The notes under the pieces are model-generated. The model saw only the letters and a program-made list of their open reading frames with translations, ran no database searches and was not told where the DNA came from. A stretch of DNA of 64,000 nucleotides from Planctomycetales bacterium (lineage in GTDB: Bacteria > 4484-113). The first letter of the stretch is position 1, and the number at the start of each line of letters is the position of its first letter. The DNA is taken from contig JBBIRS010000005.1 of assembly GCA_037441675.1 (NCBI GenBank), positions 94,731 through 158,730 on the forward strand. Direction: 5' to 3'. Positions 1 through 9,347 of the stretch are shown one piece after another. Position numbers and translations under genes: made by a program.

Positions 1-1055
1 CTTGCTCTTATCGCATCTGTGAACAGATCACCTAGTTCAGTTTCATAGGACATAACCTTCTTCAACTCCATATCGTTTGTAAGCTTTCCAACGACGTAAT
101 TCAGCTTATCCTCTAAAGACTGGCGATGATTCGCAATTTCCTGAAGGTATTTCGTGTTTTCCACCCATCTGCCGTCTAGGGGTATAAGGGTTTCATCAAA
201 GAATCTAAGTTTATAGCCTGTATCCCGCTCTCCTTCAAAGGTGAGCTTGAGTAAGCCAACTTTTATACCCCACTTACCTGCTTGGACAATTAACGTGTTT
301 CCTACTTTTATTGGAACTGAAAATTCCGCTTCTTGTCCCCCGCTTACAATTACTGATATCTCTTCATGGGTGGAGGCGATACTGATGTTCTCTGAAAGTT
401 GAAGGCCACTGACAAGAATAATTGTGTCAGTTATTGATTTCAACTGAGGAATGAGCTCATTAAGCACAGTAAATGGGTCACGAAACTCCAGACCACTCAA
501 TTTATCTTGGGGATAGAACTGCACAATTTCCCTGCTTGCAACTCCTATCAAGCCAACTCTGAACCCGTCAAAGTCAGCAATTTTGAATGGTTCATTCAAG
601 TATTTGCCAGTGTCCTTCTCAATAATGTTGGCGCAAAGAAATGGGAATGAAGCTTCCGCCATTCTCTGTTTTAGTTTGTCAATGCCGAAAATAAAATCGT
701 AAGGACCTATACCAGAAGCGTCATAACCGAGCCAGCCCATAAGCTTCACATCCAAGGCGCCCTCAAGATTGTAGGAGTGCGGTGTTAGTCCAAATATGTT
801 GCCTGCATCAATTGTTAGCCAGTACAACTTTGTGTGTTTCCTCTTCTCGCCAAACAGAATCGCTCTCTTTGCGTATCCCCCAATGGGCTTTGAGCTTTGG
901 TAATAGAAGGACTCAATTCGCCCCTTTGTATCGTTCGTATGAAGAATCCCAATGTTTACCAACCTTGCAAAGACCCTTGCACTTAAAAAAAGAGATAAGA
1001 AAAGTGAAATGAAAAGAATAACCCCAGACTTTCTTAAAAAAATTCTCCTAGGCAT
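1..1055 (-). CDS. Secreted 5'-nucleotidase/UDP-sugar hydrolase-like protein, metal ligands degenerate; runs off window edge
   Basis: Not in ORF track; manual translation from ATG 1055: MPRRIFLRKSGVILFISLFLSLFLSARVFA (signal peptide), ILHTNDTKG, GGYAKRA, IDAGN, GYDASGIGPYDF, FPFLCANI, IVQAGKWG, ETELGDLFTDAIR; open to position 1. Confidence 0.85.
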   Translation of the reverse strand, partial: MPRRIFLRKSGVILFISLFLSLFLSARVFARLVNIGILHTNDTKGRIESFYYQSSKPIGGYAKRAILFGEKRKHTKLYWLTIDAGNIFGLTPHSYNLEGALDVKLMGWLGYDASGIGPYDFIFGIDKLKQRMAEASFPFLCANIIEKDTGKYLNEPFKIADFDGFRVGLIGVASREIVQFYPQDKLSGLEFRDPFTVLNELIPQLKSITDTIILVSGLQLSENISIASTHEEISVIVSGGQEAEFSVPIKVGNTLIVQAGKWGIKVGLLKLTFEGERDTGYKLRFFDETLIPLDGRWVENTKYLQEIANHRQSLEDKLNYVVGKLTNDMELKKVMSYETELGDLFTDAIRA

Positions 1056-1175
1056 AATGCATTCCCATATCAGTAACAATTGAACTGAACGTAATTTTAT
1101 CATAGCGACGCTTTTGCCTTATACTAGAGCTTTAACTTATTCTAGCTTTTAAGCGATAATAACTTAGGTGATTTT

Positions 1176-1835
1176 ATGAAAGGCGATTTGTACTCTAGGT
1201 TAAAGTATTGGTGGGACGAGATTGAAAAGGCTCAGTTCTCTCCGAATGAAGAAAACCTTAGGTGCAGACTTTATCTTCTGGATGCGGAGATTAGAAATGC
1301 CCTTAAAGGTAAACCAAGGGTTAACTACTTTTTAATACCATCCAAACTGGTTTTAGTGCTGAGTGTTGGCTTTGTTGGGCTTATTGCGATTTCCTATTTA
1401 TACGTAGGAAGCGTGGTTAACACTCAAGTTACTCTTGGAAACCTCTCAACCGATAAAATGGTGACTGTTGATAGTACTAGTTCTTATCCTGCGCAGGACA
1501 TGAAAGCACCAGCTGAACTTCACCGCATCTCAGAAGAAGTCACTGCATCAGCTTCTATATCAACTCAACCTGAGTTAGTGATAAAAAACCGCGAGGTGAA
1601 GGGTAGCTCGGTTAGAAAGCCAATGAGGAAAAGGGAAGTTTCACAAACCGCTAAGCCGATTAAAGATACGTGCGTTTCTTCTTTTGAAGAATCAAGAAAT
1701 TCATCATCAATAACTTCAGTAGAGAGGGAAGATACTTCACCTTCTCAAGTAACTTTACCTAATGCTTCACCAAAGGGGGCATTAGATCCAGTTACTCTCT
1801 TTGTTGCATTGGAGGAAGAATTAACTAAGGGTTAA
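1176..1835 (+). CDS. Hypothetical single-pass membrane protein upstream of bamA
   Basis: 219-aa ORF, one hydrophobic helix (LVLVLSVGFVGLIAISYLYV), S/T-rich low-complexity C-terminal half; AGGTG upstream. Confidence 0.7.
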   Translation: MKGDLYSRLKYWWDEIEKAQFSPNEENLRCRLYLLDAEIRNALKGKPRVNYFLIPSKLVLVLSVGFVGLIAISYLYVGSVVNTQVTLGNLSTDKMVTVDSTSSYPAQDMKAPAELHRISEEVTASASISTQPELVIKNREVKGSSVRKPMRKREVSQTAKPIKDTCVSSFEESRNSSSITSVEREDTSPSQVTLPNASPKGALDPVTLFVALEEELTKG

Positions 1836-1890
1836 CCGATACTGGTATAATCTTTGAACCTTGTTGCAACTAACCGTTCAGGAGGGAGAA

Positions 1891-3645
1891 ATGAGAAATC
1901 AAGGGTCTGCCTGTCCCAAAACTTTCTTCATTAGTTTAGTCTTGGTACTTTTCCTTTTACGTTCAAGTCCCATTTTCGCTCAGGGAATAACTGTTAACAG
2001 CATCCAGATTATCGGGCTGGAGAATCTGGATGAAAGGGTTGTGCTGGACACGATTGGGATTAAAGCGGGGGAAACTATTACTGGCAACGTGGTTAGTACT
2101 CTGGATGAGAATTCAAGGCGACTTTACGATACCGGTTACTTTCTTGAACCCCCTAAGCTTTCTCTTGATTATTACGAAGAAAAGACAATTCTGGTGGTTG
2201 AAGTTATCGAGAATCCACCTTTTAGAGAGCTTATAATTACGGGCAACACAATATATCCAACTGAAGAGCTGATGAAGGCATTCACCACGAAGCAAGGTGA
2301 GGTCATTAACGTTCGCAAGCTGGAGGAGGAGATAGCGCAAGGGATTGTAGACCGCTATACCGGTGACGGATATATAGGCGCATACATTATAGATTTTGGA
2401 ATAGTTACAACCGGTGAGGCTAAGGGGACTGTTTATGTAACTGTTGGGGAGGGTGTAATTGAGGATTTCTCCTTTGAGGGCAATGAGAAAACTAAAGAGA
2501 GCCTTTTGAGAATGATGGTCTCGCGCCATATACATACTGGTGATGTGCTTAGAAGGGAGAAGTTAGAAAGGGTGATGCAGGATTATTATAACGTTGGGAT
2601 TTTTGAGAAGGTAGAGCCCACCATTGAGCCCTCCGAGACGCAGGGGAAAATTATCCTCAAAATTAGTGTTTCTGAAGCGCCCACGGGGCAAGCGGGAGTA
2701 GGGATTGGCTATTCAACAGTTAATGGCGTTCAAGGCAGTATATCCTTTCAAGAACGCAACTTTCGTGGTAAGGGAGAAACTGTAAGCGCGCTTGTTATCT
2801 TCAGTCGTAATAACCCTGGTTATGAATTAGCTTATTCTGATCCATATTTAACACAGAAGAACTACTTTTCGACCTCTCTCTATGACTTAAACTATCGTCA
2901 GCAAAGAGATCCTGGTTCTCCAGTGGAAAGCGAGCTTGACATTGATAGTACTGGTGGGTCCTTTAGCTTTGGCGAGCGTTTTAGCGATACCCTCTCTGGC
3001 TCAATTGGTATTAGCCTTGTTGATTATGACTACACGGTCGTGAAGGGGGATCCTTTTGCGGGATTTGGTCCAGAGCGCCGTGCGAGATTACAGGAGGCTG
3101 GACAGACTAGAAGCGTCACCCTCAGCCTAAACCACGACACTCGTGATAATATCTATAGCTCCACGAGAGGCGCAGTTTACTCCGCGTCCACGCAGATTGC
3201 TGGTTTTGGTGGTGATTTTGATTTCCGAAAGTACATTCTAGAGGCGAGAAATTTCTTTCCACGAGGAAGGGGAGATACCTTTGGAGTAAGAGCAAGGGTA
3301 GGTATTGCGGAGGGTAATGTACCTATTTTTGAGGAATTCCGTCTTGGTGGAGTATTTTCCGTGCGTGGATTGCCTGAAGATGCTTTAATCGGCACTAAAT
3401 CCCTTTTATTAAACGCGGAGTACCGTTTTCCTATAGATAAGGAAAAAACTTTTGTCGCAGCTATTTTTACTGACTGGGCTTCAGTTGGAGAGAGTTTTTC
3501 CGAACTGAAAACGGGTTATGGAGCGGGTATTGGAATTCGTTTTAGGGTTCCCGCTCTTGGGCTTGGCGCGCTTAGGCTTGACCTTGGATGGGACATTAAA
3601 GAGGGTGGTTCTAGATTGCATTTTGGTATAGGTGAAATGTTTTAA
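1891..3645 (+). CDS. bamA: Omp85/BamA outer membrane assembly factor with about 3 POTRA domains
   Basis: Signal peptide, POTRA-like repeats, ERNFRGKG, VRG motif (SVRGLPE), C-terminal HFGIGEMF; start moved to ATG 1891 after GGAGGGAG. Confidence 0.92.
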   Translation: MRNQGSACPKTFFISLVLVLFLLRSSPIFAQGITVNSIQIIGLENLDERVVLDTIGIKAGETITGNVVSTLDENSRRLYDTGYFLEPPKLSLDYYEEKTILVVEVIENPPFRELIITGNTIYPTEELMKAFTTKQGEVINVRKLEEEIAQGIVDRYTGDGYIGAYIIDFGIVTTGEAKGTVYVTVGEGVIEDFSFEGNEKTKESLLRMMVSRHIHTGDVLRREKLERVMQDYYNVGIFEKVEPTIEPSETQGKIILKISVSEAPTGQAGVGIGYSTVNGVQGSISFQERNFRGKGETVSALVIFSRNNPGYELAYSDPYLTQKNYFSTSLYDLNYRQQRDPGSPVESELDIDSTGGSFSFGERFSDTLSGSIGISLVDYDYTVVKGDPFAGFGPERRARLQEAGQTRSVTLSLNHDTRDNIYSSTRGAVYSASTQIAGFGGDFDFRKYILEARNFFPRGRGDTFGVRARVGIAEGNVPIFEEFRLGGVFSVRGLPEDALIGTKSLLLNAEYRFPIDKEKTFVAAIFTDWASVGESFSELKTGYGAGIGIRFRVPALGLGALRLDLGWDIKEGGSRLHFGIGEMF

Positions 3646-3647
3646 GC

Positions 3648-5000
3648 GTGATGCGGTGTCTTCACCACTTTTATATACTTTTGCTTCTTTTCTTTGTAGT
3701 TCTATCTTCTCATCTCGCTTTTGCTCAAGAATCTCAAGATATACTGAACGATACTTCCCTCGTTGAAGATGTTGAGCTATCAATCACCTGGCTTGGAAGG
3801 GAGCCAAGCGCTAGGGTTTCAGAGGAGGTGAGGAGCGCAGTTGATAGGACGTTACAGCTGGCGATTCTTGAGCAGTTGGAAGCATCACTTATTGCGTTAG
3901 AGAATAGCCTTAAAGAAATCACTTCAACTCTTAAGACTGTCATATCATTATCCTTGGAGAAAAGGGGAATACAACTTGAGGATATTGAAATTGTTCCCGG
4001 CAGACATACCAAGGTGATGGTATCCCTTCGTTTAATGGAGCAGAACATTTCTCACTTTCAAGTGGAATTTCGTTTCAAACGCATTACACCTTTCATAGAG
4101 TTTCTAACGGCTGAGGAGCGTTCCGCATTAACTGGTGAGCTGGAAAAGCAACTAGGCGGAACTCCCTATACTGATGAAGCTTGGGTGGAGAAGCTTGTCC
4201 GTGAACAGGTTGACATCTTTTTTACAGATAAAGTAGCTTATGAGGATTTCAAAATTCTAGTTTTTGTTGTTCCGCAGGAGTTAACTTCGGTTTATCTGAC
4301 CTTCATTCCCAAGGATGAGGCTATCCTACTTGAAAGATTTTACGTAAAACTGCGCTCCGATACACTTCTTAATATTCAAATGGAAACGATTGATTCTCTT
4401 GTTAATTCTCTACTTTCGGAGCTTGTTTTGTTACCAATGTCCTTTATTGACTCTAAAAGAAATGAGATTGCGCATTTTCTTAACGATAAAGTTACAAGCA
4501 TCCCAGAGGTGAAAGTAGTTTCTCCATCTGCGACTTCCGAATTTTATCTTTTGCGTGATGAAATGTCTTACGTGTTAAGAGTAGAATCAGCGAAGTTTCG
4601 GTTAAGGCTTCAAGGAAGAGTTGATGTTAATCGTGAGCGGAACAATTCGAGATTTGATTTAACCGCGGGGATCCTAATCGGAAGTAACTCGGATGTTTTC
4701 TTTCACGGAACTTTTTATCCCGGAGCTCCTGAGTTTCGTCCGCAGGTGGGAGTTTCTTTTCTGGCAGAGCCAACGGGCTTTTTTGAAACCGCTTATGATT
4801 TTAAGATGAACAGCACTCTATTTCGCACCCAGCTGAATGTCCTACCAGACTTCTACCTTTCCGCAGAGAGATACTTAAAGAATCGCCTCCGCAAAGAAAT
4901 CGAATTCTCCATGACTTACATCTTCAGGAACCTTTACGAGTTCAAACTAATTACCAACTTCAAGGGGGAGATTTTTGGAGCAATGGGAGTGAGAATATAA
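3648..5000 (+). CDS. Exported hypothetical protein, possible C-terminal beta-barrel
   Basis: 450 aa, signal peptide, alternating hydrophobic beta-strand pattern at C-terminus (GEIFGAMGVRI); lies between bamA and lpxD. Confidence 0.7.
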   Translation: MMRCLHHFYILLLLFFVVLSSHLAFAQESQDILNDTSLVEDVELSITWLGREPSARVSEEVRSAVDRTLQLAILEQLEASLIALENSLKEITSTLKTVISLSLEKRGIQLEDIEIVPGRHTKVMVSLRLMEQNISHFQVEFRFKRITPFIEFLTAEERSALTGELEKQLGGTPYTDEAWVEKLVREQVDIFFTDKVAYEDFKILVFVVPQELTSVYLTFIPKDEAILLERFYVKLRSDTLLNIQMETIDSLVNSLLSELVLLPMSFIDSKRNEIAHFLNDKVTSIPEVKVVSPSATSEFYLLRDEMSYVLRVESAKFRLRLQGRVDVNRERNNSRFDLTAGILIGSNSDVFFHGTFYPGAPEFRPQVGVSFLAEPTGFFETAYDFKMNSTLFRTQLNVLPDFYLSAERYLKNRLRKEIEFSMTYIFRNLYEFKLITNFKGEIFGAMGVRI

Positions 5001-6053
5001 ATGGCAAAGCTATCGGAACTGGCAAAGCTTGTTGGTGGAAAGGTTAAGGGCGATGGGAACCTTGAGATTGTGGGCTTTTGCAGTCTTGATGCGCCGGTGA
5101 AAGACTCTATTGCCTTTCTTGAATCAAGAACTCACTTGAGAAAGCTAAAGGGTGCCAATTTCTCCGCCCTTATCACCACTGAAGCCTTAAAGGATGTTTT
5201 CCCAAACGCAATAATAGTTGCTGAACCTCGGCTGGCGTTCGTGCAGATAATGGACTACTTTCTAGCTAAAACGCGCAAACCACTCAGGAAGGCAAGAATT
5301 CATGAAACCGCTATCGTCGCTAAGAGCGCCAAACTTGGGAAGAAAGTTAGCGTTGGTGCGTATTCCGTAATTGGTAGTGACGCGAGGATTGCTGATGAAG
5401 TGGAAATAGGAGCCCACTGCTATATTGGCGAAAAGGTTGTAATCGGGGAGAAGACGCGCCTTTTTCCTTTTGTCTCGGTGCTTGATAATTGTGTAATCGG
5501 CAGAAGGTCAATCATCCATTCGGGTACAATAATAGGTAGCGATGGTTTTGGTTACGTCACAGTAAAAAGCGGGCACAAGAAATTCCCGCAGGTAGGCAGA
5601 GTTGTTATAGGTGATGATGTTGAAATTGGAGCTCTTTGCGCCATTGACCGCGCATCTCTAGATGAAACAATAATCGGCAGTGGAACCAAGATTGACAATC
5701 TGGTGCAGATTGCTCACAACGTGAAGATAGGCGAGCATTGCCTAATCGCCGCGCAGGTTGGTATCAGCGGACGCACCGAAATTGGTTCATGGTGCGTGGT
5801 GGGCGGGCAGGCTGGATTACAAGGCGGTATTAGTGTGGGTGATGGCTCAATTGTGGCTGCCCAAAGTGGTGTGTTTGGTTCACTTCCACCTAAAAGCAGA
5901 GTTTCAGGTTATCCAGCTAGAAACCATGAGGATAGTATGCGCATTCTAGCACTTACATGGCGACTGCCAGAGCTCTTGGAAAAGATAAAGGCTTTGGAAG
6001 AGGAGATAAACAAGCTTAAAAAGCGTGAGAAGAATGAAAGAAGAAAAGGATAA
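5001..6053 (+). CDS. lpxD: UDP-3-O-(3-hydroxyacyl)glucosamine N-acyltransferase
   Basis: Hexapeptide repeats, [19 protein letters not shown] motifs. Confidence 0.96.
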   Translation: MAKLSELAKLVGGKVKGDGNLEIVGFCSLDAPVKDSIAFLESRTHLRKLKGANFSALITTEALKDVFPNAIIVAEPRLAFVQIMDYFLAKTRKPLRKARIHETAIVAKSAKLGKKVSVGAYSVIGSDARIADEVEIGAHCYIGEKVVIGEKTRLFPFVSVLDNCVIGRRSIIHSGTIIGSDGFGYVTVKSGHKKFPQVGRVVIGDDVEIGALCAIDRASLDETIIGSGTKIDNLVQIAHNVKIGEHCLIAAQVGISGRTEIGSWCVVGGQAGLQGGISVGDGSIVAAQSGVFGSLPPKSRVSGYPARNHEDSMRILALTWRLPELLEKIKALEEEINKLKKREKNERRKG

Positions 6054-6101
6054 ACCTTAGGCGAGAAAAAACTGCCACGCTAATAGTTGTTGGAACCAAG
6101 A

Positions 6102-6803
6102 TTATGTCAGAACGGTTCCGTTTATGACTAACTTGAATTCTAAGCCCAAGAACTCGCTAGCGAGTTTAGTTACCATCATCCTCTCAGTAAAAATTTCAAA
6201 GTATTCCATCACTGAGGCAATTTCCGTATCAACAGTGAGGTCAAGAACTAATTCTTTAGTTTCTGTATTCACGGAAAGGGTAGCTTCTGTGCAGGCGAAA
6301 TTTACATCATCATGAATGTCCTTAAGCTCTGGATGGTAGCTTCTAACTCGGGAGCGATGCACGTCAGCTTTGTCCGCGATAATTAGCGCCGCGGTTACCG
6401 CGTTTAGTGCTAGATTCCCGGCTTGCTCATGGTTACCGATAGCTCCAAGGGCAATGCCAATGAACCTGGGCGCAATCTGAAATCTCCTGAGTATGGGATA
6501 TACTATTGCCGCAGCGGATTGAGGATGGTCCTCGCGCGCTATTAGGTTGCCAACATCGTGTAATAACCCAGCAATTTTTGCAAGCTCAACTTCATCCTCT
6601 GGGTAACCAAGCTTTTCCAAAATCATACCTGCATTCTCTGCAACTAGGGTTACGTGCCTGAACCCATGCTCTGTATAGCCAATCGCAGCCATTGCTTCAT
6701 CTGCAAGTTCAATGAATTCTATAACCTCGGGGTCTCTTTTGATTAACTCATATTTTCCCACGATTGATTGAACCTCTTCAAAATGCTTCTTTTCAACTGC
6801 CAA
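6102..6803 (-). CDS. HD-domain phosphohydrolase
   Basis: GYTEHGFRH, LLHDVGN, IADKADVHRSRVR motifs. Confidence 0.88.
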   Translation of the reverse strand: MAVEKKHFEEVQSIVGKYELIKRDPEVIEFIELADEAMAAIGYTEHGFRHVTLVAENAGMILEKLGYPEDEVELAKIAGLLHDVGNLIAREDHPQSAAAIVYPILRRFQIAPRFIGIALGAIGNHEQAGNLALNAVTAALIIADKADVHRSRVRSYHPELKDIHDDVNFACTEATLSVNTETKELVLDLTVDTEIASVMEYFEIFTERMMVTKLASEFLGLEFKLVINGTVLT

Positions 6804-6841
6804 TTTAACTCACTCCTTGACACTTATAAAAAGTAAGGTAG

Positions 6842-7459
6842 TTAATGGAGCGGTTCCTCAGGAAATATTAGGGTTTCTTTTGGTTTATCCGTTTCAGATT
6901 CTAAGGCTTTGGCTTCACTCTCCTCTTTGTTCGTTAATGGTTTTTCTCCCTTTTCATTTACCTTTTGTTCCATCTCTTTAATCTGAGTTCCTGCGTCTTC
7001 AGCTGCCACTTCAGAAGCGGATAGTCCTTTAGCCTGAGGATGTTCAGCCATCCTTCTAGCCTCAAGTTTTTCCATAAAGCCCTTCAAAAGCCCATAAAAC
7101 TCAAATTCAAATCTTTCCCTTTCGCTTTCAATCTGCGCGATATCCCTTGCCACCTCTTTAGCCCTATCTTGGGCTTCCTTTACCAATATCTCGGCTTCTT
7201 TCCTGGCGCTCGCGATTATCTCTTCTCGAGTTTTCTGCGCTAGAATGACGCTTTCCTTAAGCAGGTTCTCGCTTGCCTTGTATCTTTCAAGCTCCTCATT
7301 TAATCTCTTTATTTCCTTTTTGAGTTCACTAATTTCGTCTACGTAAGCCCTCAGAGTTTCAAGCACATCCTTTCGGAATGCTTCTACGTCCTTCTTGCTG
7401 TAGCCAAATAATCCCCCAGGAAAATCTATCTTTTCCACGTCGTTTATGGTGAGTTCCAT
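6842..7459 (-). CDS. divIVA: DivIVA-domain protein
   Basis: N-terminal LTINDVEKIDFPGGLFGYSKKDVEAF followed by coiled coil. Confidence 0.85.
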   Translation of the reverse strand: MELTINDVEKIDFPGGLFGYSKKDVEAFRKDVLETLRAYVDEISELKKEIKRLNEELERYKASENLLKESVILAQKTREEIIASARKEAEILVKEAQDRAKEVARDIAQIESERERFEFEFYGLLKGFMEKLEARRMAEHPQAKGLSASEVAAEDAGTQIKEMEQKVNEKGEKPLTNKEESEAKALESETDKPKETLIFPEEPLH

Positions 7460-7598
7460 ATTTTTCGTGATTGATTATACCTGAACCTTCGTTTCACATA
7501 CAGATGGAAGAGGCTAAAGCTTTGCTCTATCATGCTATTTGACGGCAAGCATTAGGCTATTTTGGCTCTGATGATGGCTTAACTGTACGAGTAGTGCG

Positions 7599-7907
7599 CT
7601 AGAGGGTGGACTCAACCTTCTTCTTTGGCTTTGCTCTTAGCTCTTTGGGTTTAGTCTTTATCTTCTCGTAGTATATTGCGGCATCTGGGCATATAACTTC
7701 GCACAGCTTACAGCTGATACAATCATCTATATTACACTCAGGCACAGGCGTTCCGTAGGTGCCAAGAATATCCTCAGACCAGTAAAGGCATTCCGTAGGG
7801 CATTCGACTATGCATAGTCCACAACTCTTGCAAAGCTGGTCAAATACTACAATCCTGTCCCATTCATTCTCATAAACCTGGCTTCTGAAAATTGGTGTGA
7901 TGTCCAT
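7599..7907 (-). CDS. 2[4Fe-4S] ferredoxin / 2-oxoacid:ferredoxin oxidoreductase delta subunit
   Basis: Two CxxCxxCxxxCP motifs; last gene of the OFOR operon. Confidence 0.92.
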   Translation of the reverse strand: MDITPIFRSQVYENEWDRIVVFDQLCKSCGLCIVECPTECLYWSEDILGTYGTPVPECNIDDCISCKLCEVICPDAAIYYEKIKTKPKELRAKPKKKVESTL

Positions 7908-7919
7908 ATAAACTCCGTT

Positions 7920-8504
7920 TCAAAAGACAACTTCCGTTCGTTCTATTTTTCTAGACTCATCAATTCCAATCTTGATTGCTTTCATATTTAGCTCGTGGAG
8001 GGAGGGATCTTTCTCATAATACTTTTCAAATTGCTTTCTTAACGCTTCGTCAAGGTGTTCAAGGGAAATGAATTTAGTTAAACCGATAACGAAGCCCATA
8101 ATCAGCATATTAAAGGTTCTTGGTGTAAGCTGGGAACGAGCAATTTCTGAGGCGGCAACTCCAACTATATGCTCCGTTACTGTTACCGGGCGCTCAAAGA
8201 GAGAACTATCATAAATAAGAAGCGTTTCTTTGGTTATGTAAGGTTCAATCCTTGGAACACTTCGTTCGGAGAGGCAAATTGCAATATCACTTTCATCAAA
8301 GCGTGGCGAGGCAATTGGTCTATCAGAAATAACGACAAAGGCGATACTGACGCCTCCCCTCATTTCAACACCGTAGTTTGGAATGTAGGTGGCGAAGAGT
8401 CCTTCGTCCACCGCACACCTAGCGATAATTTCCCCAACTGATTGCAAGCCCTGTCCGCCTTCTCCCGCAAGAGTAATCTGCCAAGTACTCTTATTGCTAT
8501 TCAT
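7920..8504 (-). CDS. 2-oxoacid:ferredoxin oxidoreductase gamma subunit
   Basis: AGEGGQG, YGVEMRGG motifs; start likely ATG 8504 or 8513 after AAGGAG. Confidence 0.92.
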   Translation of the reverse strand: MNSNKSTWQITLAGEGGQGLQSVGEIIARCAVDEGLFATYIPNYGVEMRGGVSIAFVVISDRPIASPRFDESDIAICLSERSVPRIEPYITKETLLIYDSSLFERPVTVTEHIVGVAASEIARSQLTPRTFNMLIMGFVIGLTKFISLEHLDEALRKQFEKYYEKDPSLHELNMKAIKIGIDESRKIERTEVVF

Positions 8505-9339
8505 CTTCCCCATTCTCCTTCTCGCTTTTATGCTCTTCCTCAAGCCAGTAGAATTTATCAGGTTGGTTTGGTCTGTCTACAAATACTCCAGTTGGGAAAG
8601 TCTTGACCAGCTCGTTTCGCATATAGTTGAGTGTGGCTTCCGCATCAGTTTTCCAATTATTTGGTCAGTTCACCAGCACCTCGACAAAGGCGAAACCGCG
8701 CCCATCTAACTGCCTTTGAAGAGCTGATTTGAAAATTCTTTTCATCTGAAGTGGACGAGCGCTACTCACCCTAGCAACGAAGGTATTCTCCTGAGCCAGT
8801 GATGCCACGAGTTTGCAACCGTCCAGGGGTCTTCCGTGCTCCTCAATGGTTCTTCCGTATGGAGTAGTCTCAGTTTTTTGACCAATAAGAGTAGTCGGAG
8901 CTAACTGCCCACCGGTCATTCCATAGTTTGTGTTGTTTCCCACAATGACAAGAACATTGTCGTTTCTCATCGCGGTGTTCACAAGATGTTGCGCGCCGAT
9001 GGCGTAGGCTCCTCCGTCTCCCATATACGCTATGCAAATAAGCTCAGGTCTTGCGCGCTTAAGCCCAACAAGCGTAGGCGTTGTCCTTCCGTGATGAGTC
9101 TGAATTGTGTCCAAATTAAAGAAATCCCAGGCGAGTAAACTGCAACCAATATCCACACCAAAAACGATTCGGTCTTGGATATCCATTTCGTCAATGACGA
9201 AACCAAGATACTTGAGGGCAATTGTATGCCCACAACCACCGCAGAATTTGCTCGCCTTGGAGTGCGGGTTCCAGCATCGCGGAAAATGCGGAGCCAAATG
9301 TTCTATGTTACCTTTTGTTGCCTCCTGCAATTTAGCCAT
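8497..9339 (-). CDS. 2-oxoacid:ferredoxin oxidoreductase beta (TPP-binding) subunit with in-frame UGA at 8665-8667 (candidate selenocysteine)
   Basis: FCGGCGH, DIGC, HGR, GDGG, YGMTGGQ motifs; EVLVN-UGA-PNNWK continues 55 codons to TAG at 8497, overlapping the gamma start. Confidence 0.85.
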
Positions 9340-9347
9340 AAATACTC

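Noticed and set aside
7498..7516. ATACAGATGGAAGAGGCT, similar to ATACAGATGAAGAGGGCT at about 33729
   Set aside because: Only two imperfect short copies with no structure; compatible with chance
8389..8709. 106-aa plus-strand ORF across the OFOR beta/gamma junction
   Set aside because: Antisense shadow; the region is explained by beta read-through and gamma
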